Positions 24,900 to 37,566 of a DNA stretch of 48,682 nt are shown here, piece after piece. The notes beneath the pieces were generated by a model. It saw nothing but the letters and a program-made list of their open reading frames with translations, was not told where the DNA came from and did not search any database. A program made the position numbers and the translations under genes. Positions within the stretch are counted from its first letter, which is position 1. Each line of letters begins with the position of its first letter. The DNA lies in the NCBI RefSeq assembly GCF_001194135.2, contig NC_068990.1, positions 36,658,593-36,707,274 on the forward strand. The letters are read 5' to 3'. This DNA comes from Octopus bimaculoides. Taxonomy: Eukaryota.

Positions 24900-26400
24900 A
24901 CACTCAGACACACATAGAGGAAGAGAGAAAGAGAGATGTGTTTTCAAGAAAACAAATATATATAAATACATATAAGAAGGCAAATATAAACAAATAATAA
25001 AATAAATATTGAAATAGAGAAAGTAAAACTTACAAAAAATATAAAATAAATCTTTACAAATTGTCAATGAGATTAAATATAAGAAAGAAGAAAGCAATAT
25101 CAAAAATAACTAAAAAGTAAACAATGAGAGTGACAAACAAAATTTAAATGATGACAAAAAGAAAAAGAAATGAAAAAGATTTCAAATATAAAGAAAGAGA
25201 AAAATACGGAAATGATATATGGCAAATAAAAATGAATGAAAATATATAAAGTGGGAAATAAATATATATTAATAAATAGTTAAAATATAGAGCGTAAAAT
25301 ATGTATAATGTATGAAAATAAACATTAAAAATAGGTATGTATTAAAAAATAACTGTTAAAATATATAAATAAAGCATGAAAATATAATCAATAAATGTAT
25401 AAAATATGTAAAAATAAATATTTAAAATATGTAACACATATAAAATAAAGAATAAAAATCGATAATGTATATAAAATATAGGCAATCCAAACATATGTAA
25501 ACAAATAATATTAAAAATATAAGTTATTAAATTATTAAGAATAAAAATATAGTGTTTAAAAATAAGCACATATGCAAACACACACGTACATACATTTACA
25601 AATGAATACATATATAACGTGAAAATAAGCAAAAAATATAATATAATATAATATATAAGTTACATTAAATAAACATAAAATTTATGTACAGTAAAAAATA
25701 AAAAATGTATTTTCTTTATAAAAAATAAATAATAATATATTTATAAGACATCAAAATAGATATTAAAAACAGATAATTTATAAAAAATGAACATGACAAA
25801 TATATGATGCATAAAAACATAAAAGGTAACAAAAACATGAAAGATACAAAAAATTAAACAATGAAAAATATATAATGTATAAAATGAATATAAAAATGCA
25901 TTGGCTAGAAAAAATGAAGAAGAATTTATATGGCAAATAAAATAAAGAAATGAATAAAATATATATATTATGTAAAAATTTAAAAAAATTAAAAAACACA
26001 GATTGTATAAAAAATAAGGAAAAAGAATTGTATAAGAAATGAAAAAAGAAGAGTATGAATTATGAAAGAGTCTGTCAAAAAACTTAATAAAATATACAAT
26101 TGAATTATGATCTAAGTATATAAACAATAATGACTTCTTATATTTGTTAATCATAATGATTTCTTGAATAATAATATAGAATATGATAAAAGGAAGGAAC
26201 AAGTAGTTCAGTATTAAATTAACAAACATAGACAACAATGAAAAATGTATAATGATATTGTGTAAAAGAATACAAAAGATAAACAATATGCTGCTAAATA
26301 AAAGGGAATGAGGAAAAATAAAATATAAGATAATAAAACAAAACAATTATCAAGATTAATTTTATAAATATCTGCAACAAAAGGAATCAAGTATCAAAAT
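24900..26400. repeat. Extremely A-rich low-complexity tract
   Basis: A/T-dominated with a strong A skew on the plus strand; source of the F/I/L/Y-rich minus-strand ORFs. Confidence 0.8.
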
Positions 26401-26798
26401 AAACAATCCATTTGTCAAACGACAGTGAAGAAATAATTAGGTAATTGACAATAGGTAAATAATATCTGGGTGATTTAAAATTTGTTACAAATTTAAATAA
26501 GTGTATTCATGAGAAAGGAGATTGTTGTGATACAAAATTGTTTCTTTCCACAGAATCTATGGAGTCGGTTTTTGAGTTGTTGGAGAACATGGCGTTGTTG
26601 TATAGCCATTCAAGAGTATTTTTGAGACCTTTGACTACAGAGACAATATAATAATAGGCACTTACCCAAGAAGCTATGTCATAAGATTCATTCAAGAGCA
26701 TTGTAATTCTCAAGGAAATTTCTTTACCATTCATCATTAAAGTCTTCATACACACATATATGCATATTAACACACGTCATTATTACTATGGCTTTGTA

Positions 26799-26835
<37 letters not shown>

Positions 26836-26845
26836 NNNNNNNNNN

Positions 26846-26887
<42 letters not shown>

Positions 26888-27047
26888 ATCTATCTATCAG
26901 TCTGTCTGTCTGCCAATCTATATATCTACGTACCTGTCAATCTACCTATGTATGTATGTATGTATCTATCTATCTATCTGTCTGTCTATATATCTATCTA
27001 TCTGCCTGTCTGTCTAGTTATCTATCTATCTATCTATATATATATCG

Positions 27048-27084
<37 letters not shown>

Positions 27085-27147
27085 CCAATCTGTGTACCTG
27101 TGTGTGATTATGTGTGTTTGTGCGCACGCGTGTGTGTGTGTGTGTGT

Positions 27148-27397
27148 GTGGAAGGCACATAGCCAAGAACTCAGGCAGCTGCACTCACGATCATTGTTTC
27201 AATTCCCAGACCAGCAGTGCATTATGCTCTTGAGCAACACACTTCATTTCATGTTGCTTCCACTCTGCCATAAATGAGCAACCCTGCAAGAACAGACTGT
27301 CATTTTGCTTTGGGGCAATGTTGGCTTGAATGCCTTGCCAGCAGGATGGCATCATTTGAAAGCATCAGCAATGTGAAGCAGTGCATTGTGACTAACA
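27148..27397 (+). mobile_element. tRNA-derived SINE, family C
   Basis: Head gtggaaggcacatag...tttcaattcccagacc and core cttgagcaacacacttcatttca; homologous to 30847-31085(-). Confidence 0.7.
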
Positions 27398-27632
27398 GTG
27401 TATAGCACTCCAATTATGAAGAAAAGAGAGGATGAAACAGATAAACTGTCCACAGTCTGTCTACCCTATGTGAAAGGCCCCTCCGAAAAGATACAAAAGA
27501 TATACGGCCCATATGACATCAGGACAGTATTCAAGAGTAATACAACACTTCGCAAATATCTCCTTCAAGTAAAACCACCAATAGAAGAGAGTATGACCAA
27601 GAACTGCGTGTACACCATTCCATGCAGTTGTG

Positions 27633-27741
27633 GCCTACCAGGCAAAACATGCTGCCTACAAAGGCAAAACATGCTGCCTACAAAGGCAAAACATGCTGCC
27701 TACAAAGGCAAAACATGCTGCCTACAAAGGCAAAACATGTT
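27633..27741 (+). repeat. 5 x 22-bp tandem repeat (gcctacaaaggcaaaacatgct)
   Basis: Units start at 27633 (21 bp), 27654, 27676, 27698 and 27720. Confidence 0.95.
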
Positions 27742-28042
27742 GCTCCCTCAAAATAAGGGTAGAGGAACATCACAAAGCTGTGACATGGGAAGATATTGAT
27801 AAATTGGGCATAGCTCATCATGTATGGAAAAATAGAGACCACCTCCCCCTGTGGGGATGAAGTTAAAATAATAGACAGAGAACACCACTGGAAAATATGA
27901 AAACTAAAAGAAGAAGCACATATGCTAGGACACAACAACCTCCTAAGCATACCAAGCACAGATATGAACAGCATATGGGAACCGGAATTGAGGAGGGATA
28001 GGAGAATATTAGATTTATAAACCCTAAAATTCATTCCATAAT

Positions 28043-28100
28043 TGCCCATAGCAGTTAAGAGCACGGGCTACTAACCCCAAGATTTCAAGTTCGATTTCAG
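28043..28100 (+). ncRNA. tRNA-like (Pol III) segment, not a functional tRNA
   Basis: Degenerate A box, ggg-CTACTAA-ccc anticodon-like hairpin and B box GTTCGATT; no acceptor stem. Confidence 0.55.
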
Positions 28101-28174
28101 TGAATAATAATAATAATAATAATGACATTGAAGAATACCTTAGGAATGAGAACCCAGGTTCGAAATTTCCTCAA

Positions 28175-28220
28175 GACACCTGATGAAGGCTGGAGGGTGT
28201 ATCAGCTGAAACGTTGTGTT
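28175..28220 (+). ncRNA. Minimal type I hammerhead ribozyme
   Basis: Stem I gacac/gtgtt; CTGATGA; stem II ggctg/cagct; GAAA; palindromic AACGTT stem III; GUU site. Confidence 0.85.
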
Positions 28221-28493
28221 AACAACAAACAAGATGAGGACAAATATCCATCAGATGTAAATAATGTAAATAATATAGATAATTCCTCATCTCTTAAATA
28301 TAGAACACCCAATAATCTGCTCAATACAGTGAGATTTTCTGCAGCCAAGCCTCAACTGCTTCCAAGCAATATAATGTTTCCCCAGGGTCAGTAATATAAC
28401 ATATAGCAGTAAAAGACATTATATATGTGTATGTACATATGTGTGTGTATGTGTATGTGAGAGTGTATGTATGTATGTATGTATGTATGTATA

Positions 28494-28760
28494 AAGGCAC
28501 AGGTATGACATATAGTTAAGAAGTTCACTTCACAATCATGTGCTTTTGGATTCAATCTCACTGTGTACCATCTTGGGTAAGTTTTCTATTATAGCCCCAA
28601 GCTGAATAAAATCTTATGAATGAATTTCGAAGTCAGAAAATGAAGGAATCTGTATGTGTATGACTATATGTGTGTATATATGTCCCTTTTTTTTGACATC
28701 ATGTGATAATTCCAAGCAAACCTCCCTGTCATATAAGTAGCATCATACATTTCCAAGAGT
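28494..28760 (+). mobile_element. Old SINE family B copy
   Basis: aggcacagg...gttaagaagttc...cttgggtaagttttctattatagccc. Confidence 0.65.
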
Positions 28761-29269
28761 GTACTGCTATCAATCATTGGAATGCTATCATTATGGCAGC
28801 ATTTCCATCACTGAGTTTAAGCATTCATATTGTCCGCGATATACATTTTGGTCTGGTATATTGTCTTTTGTGTATTTATCAAGGTCACTAATTCAGTCTT
28901 TGACAAAAAGACACTGACCTCACCACTGATTTGTAGCATTGAACATTAATGCACATGCACTCCCCCACACATACACATCCATGGACACACACTCACATGT
29001 ACACACACAATGAGATGGAATATGCATGCGTTAAGTAGAAATGAATGAATAATAATAGTGAGGCCAAATATGTCTTTATATAGTACTTCAGAAATTCAGG
29101 AATGTTACTTGAGTTTCTTGTAAAGTAGATGCGTGAATCTTTCACAGAGCAAGAATCTCAAATAAAGCTGCTATCACCTTAAATTACCAACTGACTTCAC
29201 ATAAGACTAGCCATACTGGAAGATGTCTGAAGAATGAAAACATGAATGTTTTCTGGTTATCTTGTGACT

Positions 29270-29643
29270 GGATGAAGGCATGCATATGGATGAGGGCAGC
29301 TGTGTAACGAAGTGCTGATCTCCAACTGTGGAGGGAACCTGTGAGAGAGGTAGACCCAGGAAGATATTGGATGAGATGGTGAAGCATGATTTTTGAATGC
29401 TGGCTTCACCAAGGTGATGACAAGTGATAAAGACCTTTGGCAATATGCTGTGCTTGAGAAGACTCGTCAATCCATGGGAAATCATAGTTGTGGTCAATGC
29501 CAGTGTCATGTAACAAACACTCATGCCACCAACATATAAAAGCATCCGTACCAGCAACCCTTGAAAGCACCTGTGCTGGTGACATATAAAAGCACTGGTG
29601 CTGATGGCAAGTGAAAAGCATGCATTACACTCTTGGAGTAACT
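29270..29643 (+). mobile_element. RTE-type LINE 3' fragment
   Basis: MDEGSCVTKC...GRPRK; shares gtgcttgagaagac and cattacactcttggag with the other RTE copies. Confidence 0.8.
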
Positions 29644-29989
29644 GCCTTTTCCATGTAGTTTTTCGTGTCAGCTGGTTTATTGCACCAGCCATAAGAACAC
29701 ATTTGACCGTGAGTGCACGTGGTTGATTACAGTTAATTAAAGTTAGAGTGATATCGAATTTTTTAGCTGCTTACAAATGTGTGAAAACGCAGAAATGAAT
29801 ACAGTTGTTTGTGGTCATGTATTTAAATAAAAATGAGACTGTATTTACAAATAGCAAGTTTTATTTACATATATCTGTCATTTAAGTGTGAAAACATAGA
29901 ACTGAATAGTTTAGAACATCGGTTAATGAACAGGATGGCGGAAGAACCAGGACAAAAAGATTACAAGAATAGTAATTCTCACTTTGAAA

Positions 29990-30125
29990 CTGACAATTTT
30001 GAAAATCTTTTTTGATTACAGAACGCCCACTCTCTCATGTATCTATGTTTAAAATTTCAGCATGATCTGATGAACAATATTCGAGTTATAAGCGCACAAA
30101 AACAGACAGAACGGGAATTATATAT

Positions 30126-30130
<5 letters not shown>
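29990..30130 (+). mobile_element. Possible Helitron/DINE-like terminal fragment
   Basis: aaatttcagcatgatctgatgaac...acagacaga resembles non-autonomous Helitron ends; from memory only. Confidence 0.3.
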
Positions 30131-30157
<27 letters not shown>

Positions 30158-30348
30158 CACTTACATATATAATGTATCTAGGTATGTATGCATGCATGTA
30201 TATATCACAAAAGGCTTCTGTGTAGTTTCTGCTTTCAAAATTCAACTGACAAAACGTTGGTAAGCCCAATGGTAGAGTAGAACCAAGAATTATAAAGTTG
30301 TGAACTTCTCAGATTGCTCCCATACATATTTGTGCATGTCTGTATATG

Positions 30349-30386
<38 letters not shown>

Positions 30387-30400
30387 ATTAAATATGTGTG

Positions 30401-30606
30401 TAAGGTGGCAAGCTGGCAGAAACGTTAGCACACTAGGCAAAATGCTTAGCGGCATTTTGTCTGTCTTTACATTCTGAGTTCAAATTCCACTGAGGCTGAC
30501 TTTGCCTTTCATTCTTTCAGAGTCGGTGTACTGGGGTCGATCTAATCGACTGCCCCCTCCCCCAAAATTTTGGGCCTTGTGCCTAGAGTAGAAAAGAAAA
30601 GAATAT
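30401..30606 (+). mobile_element. SINE family A (CpG-decayed)
   Basis: Same tail subtype as 46487-46706 (gatctaatcgact...cctagagtagaaaag). Confidence 0.9.
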
Positions 30607-30846
30607 GTGTGTATTTATATGTACACATACATACTTAAAAAAGTACTTATATAATCACAAACAGGCACACATAACGTCAACGTATGTACGTATCTGATAT
30701 TCTTGTATTGTGCAGTATATATATTCTCTGCTCTATTGGAAGAAGTAGCTTTGAAAATATGGACAATTCTGCAAATTGTTAAACCATTAATTATTACATA
30801 CCTATAACATACATGCATACATAATAATGAAAATAATAAATGCTTC

Positions 30847-31085
30847 CTTTTAAAGCCTAGCCAGGCTCACGGGCCCGGTTTCCTGGTTTCAATGGTGTAT
30901 GTGTTCCACAGCTGTACGGCACGCCAGTCCATCACAGTGTTATTCAATTTTGCCAGCTGAGTGAACTGGAGCAATGTGAAATGAAGTGTTTTGCTCAAGA
31001 ACACGTGTCACCCGGTCCAGGAATCGAAACCACAATCTTACGATCATGATGCTGACACCCTAACCACTAAGCCACGTGCCTCCAC
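30847..31085 (-). mobile_element. tRNA-derived SINE, family C
   Basis: Minus-strand head gtggaggcacgtggcttagtggttaggg...ggtttcgattcctgg has A and B boxes. Confidence 0.85.
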
Positions 31086-32009
31086 ACATGCATACATACA
31101 TACATACATACAGGTACACATGTATATGTGTGTTGTTTTTATATGCATGTATGTATATATGTATGCTGGTATACATATAAATGTGTGTATAGTTATATAT
31201 AAATGTGTGTATGTATATATCAGTATATTTAATTTATCTTTATACATATTTCTAGCCTTCACCTTTGTCCTTTTTTCTCTTTTCTCTTTCTCTCATCCTT
31301 TTACTTCTATTTCTAGCTTTTCCTCTTTCTCCTTTTTTCTCCCTCTTGCCCTCTTACTTTTATTTCTAGCATTTCTCCTTCCTCCCCTTCATCCCTTCCC
31401 TTGTTTTCTTTCTGTCACTCTCTCTCCCCCACTCATTTTCCCTCTTTTTCCTCTACCTGCTGCTGACAAGTGACCTGTGGTCAGCTTTTCTTTCTTTAAC
31501 TCCCTTTTCCACAACAGTTGCATAGTTGACTGATCCTAAAATTCTCTGTGTCCCATTGTCTTGCTATTTGCTGCTTTCTAATCCTTTAGGATGCCTTCTA
31601 GGAGTTACCCATCATTCTCCTCCTTTTGGCCCTGGGACTATATTTTACTCATTTCTTATTTATTTCATCCCTTATAAATTACATTTATTCCCTTTTGTAT
31701 ATCCACTCTGTATTGTTTTGTTTCCTCTCGGCCCTACATTCTCCACAACTTTTGCAGGCACCACCACACATGGGTAGATCTCAGTCTTATCCTTAATGGA
31801 GCAAAACTGAGTAATACCATCTGGCTGATAACTGATGAAGAATTAGGGACCTTCTATGTCGGTTTCCTATCGAGTTGTACACTCAGTATCTGTTATACGT
31901 TTTTTATTTGTTATTTATTCATTTACAAAACATTTTTACATGTATGTATGTATGTATGTATGTATATATATATATATATATATAGATATATATCTATATA
32001 TATATATAT

Positions 32010-32182
32010 ATGACATGCAAAGGTACATGGAGCCCAATTACAACAACAGCCAGCTATTGCCAGTAAAGGTTTTGGATGCCAACTCTGTGCAAGACATTGT
32101 AGATCTTTGGCTGGGCTAAAAAGTCACATTCGATCACAGCACCGTTAAGTTAAGCTTCATGCAATGGCCATACTCAATAACG
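32010..32182 (+). mobile_element. RTE LINE 3' end with C2H2-like zinc finger
   Basis: GFGCQLCARHCRSLAGLKSHIRSQHR* followed by a short 3' UTR. Confidence 0.7.
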
Positions 32183-32479
32183 NNNNNNNNNNATATATAT
32201 GCTTATATGCACATATATATGTTATGTATAGAAATACATACAAATATATATTTCTCTATGTGTTTGCACAAATGAATACATAGATATATATGTGCATGTA
32301 CTTAAGTATACAAAAATTGAAACACATGTCTGTATATATATATATATATATGTCTATGCATGCGTGTGTGTGCGTTTATATATATATATGTATGTATGTA
32401 TGCATGTATGTTTGTATGCATGTATGTATTAATGTATGTATATAATGACATATTCATACACACACGCGTGTACATATGT

Positions 32480-32707
32480 ATGACGATGGTGATGACATGC
32501 ATTATGATGCTGCTGCTGCTAATGATGATGATAATAATAATATCAATAATAATAATGATAATAAAAGTCAAACATAAAATAAAAATGATAATAATAATAA
32601 TGATAATAACGATAATAATATTAATAATAATAATAATAATAATAAGAGTCAAACATAAAATAAAAATGATAATAATAATAATAAGATAATAATAATAATA
32701 ATAATAA

Positions 32708-32738
<31 letters not shown>

Positions 32739-32825
32739 AAGGAGAAGAAGAAGAAGAAGAAGAAGAAGAAGAAGAAGGAGAAGAAGAAGAAGAAGAAGAA
32801 GAAGAAGGAGAAGAAGAAGAAAACA
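32480..32825. repeat. (AAT)n and (GAA)n microsatellites
   Basis: Directly visible. Confidence 0.95.
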
Positions 32826-33195
32826 TAGCATCAGTTAATGAAAGTGAAGTGTTTTCTTAGAAAAGAAGATTATTTTCAGACTTATGTTTTATTTGATTAA
32901 ACTGGCTTAATCTTAGCCAAGATCTTGGCACTTATTATGATTGGCAGCAAGACATTTTTTTGTCATGGAATCACGGAATGTGTAGTAGACTTTTCTAAAC
33001 CTATAACTTGCTTCCTGCTCACAGTTTCTCATCTGTTAATAACTTCTAGTATTGTGTTGTACAGAATACAAATAGCACTTGTTTTGGTTTCCCTTTTTAA
33101 GCCATTTTAAACTCCTGATGAAAAAAAAAACCATCTCATTTTGTTTACATGTACTGGAAATAATGATGATAAAAGCATCATGAACATCACATATT

Positions 33196-33603
33196 CTCAT
33201 TCCTCTTTTACTTGTTTCGGTCATTTTGACTGTGGCCATGCTGGAGCACCACCTTTTAGTTGAGCAAATGAACCCCAAGACTTATTCTTTGTAAGCCTAG
33301 TACTTATTGTATCAGTCTCTTTTGCCAAACCGCTAAGTTACGGATACGTAAACACACCACCATCGGTTGTCAAGCGATGTTGGGGGGGGCAAACATAGAC
33401 ACACAAACACACACATACATATATATACATATACATGTATACGACGGGCTTCTTTCAGTTTCCGTTTACCAAATCCACTCACAAGGCTTTGGTCAGCCTG
33501 AGGCTATAGTAGAAGGTGCCCAAGGTGCCACACAGTGGGACTGAACCCAGAACCATGTAGTTGGTAAGCAAGCTATCTACCACACTGCCACTTCTACGCC
33601 TAT
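33196..33603 (-). mobile_element. SINE family B, near full length
   Basis: tRNA-like head, ccttgggca core, internal (TG/TA)n and an AAAAG-type tail. Confidence 0.9.
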
Positions 33604-33654
33604 AATCAACTGTAAATCTCCCATCTATGTGTCTATGGAGTTTGTGTGTAGATA

Positions 33655-34062
33655 TCTTTTACTGTGGCCATTCTGGAACTCTAGAGTGATGAATTTTTAA
33701 TTTAGTGAGTCAATCCCACTACATAAGTTTGTTTTTTTTTGCTAAGCCTGGTGCTCATCCTATTGGTGTCTTTTTGCTGACCCGCTAAGTTATGGGGATG
33801 CAAACACACACACCACTTGTCAAGCAGTGGTGGGGGACAAACACAAACACAAAAACATGCACACACACACAGACAGACAGACACACACATACACACATAT
33901 GTCGGGTTTCCAGTTTCTGTCTACCAACTCCACTCATAAAGCTTTTGTCAGCTTGAAAATATAGTAGAAGACATTTTCACAAGGTGTTACACAATGGGAC
34001 TGAACCTGGAACCATGTGGTTGGGAAGCAACTTTCTTACCATGCAGCCATGCCTGTGTGCCT
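33655..34062 (-). mobile_element. SINE family B, older tandem neighbour
   Basis: Colinear homology with 33196-33603. Confidence 0.85.
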
Positions 34063-34960
34063 ACAGTATATTATTGTATAAAATAGTAACTGATTAAGAC
34101 ATTTAATGTCATATTTCTATTGAACACAGCTTTTGTTTCAATAGAAATTCTTTTTAATTTTTGTCAGTATTTAGCTAGTATTCAGAATATAAATTACCTT
34201 GAAATTTTGATTGGAAGTTTTAATTAAAATCACTATAAAACAGGGAAGTTGTTTCCAAGAACCAGGGGTGGTGTCAAGTATGTTTGTATCAAAAGGCTTT
34301 GAATATTTAATGAACTGATTAAGTCAACTATAAAGAAACTCATTCAGTTACTTTTCTAATCATAATCAATCATATAAATTCTAAATCATCACTGAATTTG
34401 TAAGAAATAAAAGCCAAATGATTGTCATAATAAACATCACTGCCTAAAAAAAGACAGAACATAGAAACTGTTATCTTGGATAAACAAAAAGTTGGAATGG
34501 TTGCTTCTGGGATATCTTTGATCTTAGACCTGTTCAAAATAGACTGAACTGGGGCTAAACAGGAGCTAAATAACAACAGCTGCAGGAAAATAGCTAATCC
34601 TGTTACTGTGAATCAATAAATACATATACACTCTCTCTTGCTTTTAGAGGGGAATGCTGTGTATGGTGAACTTGGGTGTAGGGGTGGTCAATGGTAAATC
34701 TTAGTATGGGGTGGCAAGGTAATAGAAAATAGGTGTGGGTCAGGGAGGAGGAGATGGTAGTTGGCAATACATAAAAAGTGTGGCCATTGAGAGATGGATG
34801 GCAAAACATGAAATGGGAAAGTAGAGAGTAAAAGTATTATAAAATGATAGATGGATAAAAAATAGGAAGATGATCTGAAGTGTGGAAGAGAGAGAAGATG
34901 CCCAGTGACGATGGCAGAGGACAGAGGTAAGTTGAGATAGATATAGCAAACGAAATAAAA

Positions 34961-35140
34961 AGGCATGTGGTGTGATTTCGGGTTTAGTCCCTCTGCATTG
35001 CACTTTAGACAAGTGTCTTTGCCTTTCATCCTTTTGGTGTCAATAAAATAAGTACCAGTTGAGACCTGGGGTTGATGTAATCACCTTAACCTCCTACCGC
35101 GAAATTGCCGGCCTTGTGCCAACATTTGAAACCATTATTA
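34961..35140 (+). mobile_element. Chimeric SINE (family B head, family A body)
   Basis: gggtttagtcc...gacaagtgtc joined to tttgcctttcatcc...ggccttgtgcc. Confidence 0.6.
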
Positions 35141-36047
35141 TCAATGTCATATATCACTGAAAACTTGGTCTTTTACTGAATTCTTGCATAGGATATCAGA
35201 TAATATCCTTTCCAGACAATGATATCAAGAAATTCTTTGGTTATAGTATCAAATAATTCCCACTCCAGACACTTTAACCTCCCACTTAGCTGACATTTAG
35301 GTCATGTAAAATGTAAAACTCTGTTCAGTCTTTTGCAATGTGAAAGAAAGGAAAAAACAAAAGCATTAAAACATTCTGCAAGTGAGAGGTTCAAACAATA
35401 TCTCAGTAACCATGCAATTAATTATATATCTCCCATTATTAAAAATAGTATTGACCAGGAAATGGAACGGTGGCCTTTCTTTTCAACACACATACATTTC
35501 TATTTTTAAAATATTTTCTTTATTGACAGTGGAATAAAAGCGAAAAAAGAAAAAATAAGGTCTCAATTGTTCCTGCAAATGTCTTTGTGGGGCCCCAATG
35601 TAATACGACGATCTCTTTGACAATAATCTGAGATAAAGTAGGATTGTACTGTATTATATTTCTTTTGTACTTTATAACGACATAATAATATTCTATCTCT
35701 CCAAAGTTCTTTATACTAAACTTATAAGGAAGATGAATTTATGAAGTAAGAAGNNNNNNNNNNNNNNNNNNNNNNNNNNNNNNNNNNNNNNNNNNNNNNN
35801 NNNNNNNNNNNNNNNNNNNNNNNNNNNNNNNNNNNNNNNNNNNNNNNNNNNNNNNNNNNNNNNNNNNNNNNNNNNNNNNNNNNNNNNNNNNNNNNNNNNN
35901 NNNNNNNNNNNNNNNNNNNNNNNNNNNNNNNNNNNNNNNNNNNNNNNNNNNNNNNNNNNNNNNNNNNNNNNNNNNNNNNNNNNNNNNNNNNNNNNNNNNN
36001 NNNNNNNNNNNNNNNNNNNNNNNNNNNNNNNNNNNNNNNNNNNNNNN

Positions 36048-36625
36048 GAACACAGACAAGTGAACAAGCCAGTGGATTTCTTTGCCACCTCACCTGTAAC
36101 CAGTGAGGTAGTTACGATGAAATACATTGACATTAGTGAAGATATACTACTAGCCATAAATGAGGTGGACACAAACTCAACTGCTGGTCCTGATGGTTTC
36201 CCAGCAATCCTCCTAAATTGCGTAAGCCTGCCCAGGCAAAACCTCTGCAGATTCTCTTCTAGAGCTTTCTTGTAAATGGCAGGCTGCCAAGCAAGCTGAC
36301 GGAGGGAATAATATGCCCAATCCATAAAGGGGGAAGTAGAGCAGATGCCAAAAACTATAGGCCAATCTGTTTGACTTCACACATCAGCAAAATCATGGAA
36401 CGGATAGTCAAAGGGAGACTAATCACATTCCTTGAAGAAAATAGCTTGCTGAGTGATACCTAGCATGGCTTTTGACCAAGTAGGAGCTGCCTGACCTGGC
36501 TCTTACAGCACTATGACTGCATGTTGAGGCAGTTACTCAACAACTCAAATGTGGACGTAATATACTTTGATTTTGCAAAAGCTTTTGATAAAGTGGATCA
36601 TGGTATGATATGCCACAAACTGCAT
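36048..36625 (+). pseudogene. CR1/L2/Jockey-group LINE RT fragment
   Basis: AGPDGFP, ICPIHKGGSR, NYRPICLTSHISKIMER, HGF*PSRSCLT and VDVIYFDFAKAFDKVDH. Confidence 0.92.
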
Positions 36626-37449
36626 TGTGGCTTCTTTTTCTCTGGTTCTGAACGTTCTCAGGATACACCCAGCCAGTCATCTGCACTTTGTTACCATCCT
36701 AGTAATGTGCACTTGGAAAAAATATGTGTGCGTGTGCATATGTGTGTGTGTATGCAACAAAGTAAAAGATCTTGATGCAATAATGCACAGAACAAATAGA
36801 ATTATAAGAAAGATATATCTAAGTATCTTGGACTGTAAAACACTGGTTTTGTCTTTAAGGAATATACAGTAAAAAATATATAAAAATATTAAATCTACAA
36901 ATATATTTAATTCCTTGCATTTAGAAAGAGGTTTTTTTTTTCTGTTTTTACACTTGTATTTCACTAATTGCTTTGTATCAATTATATTTACTTACAATGT
37001 TTCTCAGACTAAGAAATTTTGATCCTGTTATTAAATAAATTTATGCAATACAAATGTTATGTAAAAACAAAAATTGAACATCTACTACTATTTCTGATAT
37101 ATCTTCCATGTATAACAATTTCCAAATATTTGAAATTTAATAATGAATAATTTTGTCTTCTATTTTCAATGATAAATTTAATTCCAGTAGGAGAGAAAAA
37201 AAAAAAANNNNNNNNNNNNNNNNNNNNNNNNNNNNNNNNNNNNNNNNNNNNNNNNNNNNNNNNNNNNNNNNNNNNNNNNNNNNNNNNNNNNNNNNNNNNN
37301 NNNNNNNTGTGTGTGTATATATATAACTTTGTATGTATACACTGTAGAATAGCTGAATTGGTTTCACTGGTACTCGGCTGCAATTAAATGGTATGGTAAT
37401 CAACATGCCATGGCTTCTGTGTATTCAAAAATCGTCTTTGTTTATACAG

Positions 37450-37566
37450 GGGATTCTATAGATGTTTGTAAAAGCTATTCCCATAGAATCTACTTCATGT
37501 TCATTTCCTGTAATTTGTTGGTTATTTTTTGGAATATTGGAAAATTCTCGTTATTTATCCCTACAG
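37450..37566 (+). other. Candidate 117-nt exon or recursive splice site
   Basis: Acceptor tttgtttatacag|G; donor CAG|GTAAGT, itself preceded by a pyrimidine-rich tract. Peptide not recognised. Confidence 0.3.

Larger units (their letters stand above)
27410..28306 (+). mobile_element. 5'-truncated Penelope/Poseidon-type PLE (GIY-YIG plus 3' UTR with HHR)
   Basis: LPYVKGPSEKI, IRTVFKSNTTL, NCVYTIPCSCG, YKGKTC, LKIRVEEH, IAHHVW, WDEVKII and KLKEEAHM; HHR at 28175-28220. Confidence 0.9.

Noticed and set aside
25342-26346. F/I/L/Y-rich minus-strand ORFs resembling mitochondrial membrane proteins (NUMT)
   Set aside because: No conserved mitochondrial motifs; explained by the A-rich tract.
27633-27741. 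CRISPR-like short repeats
   Set aside because: Contiguous units with no spacers, inside a eukaryotic retroelement.
28043-28100. Functional tRNA gene
   Set aside because: No acceptor stem, degenerate D arm and an atypical ACT anticodon.
30060-30090. CTGATGA hammerhead core
   Set aside because: No GAAA and no stems I or III.
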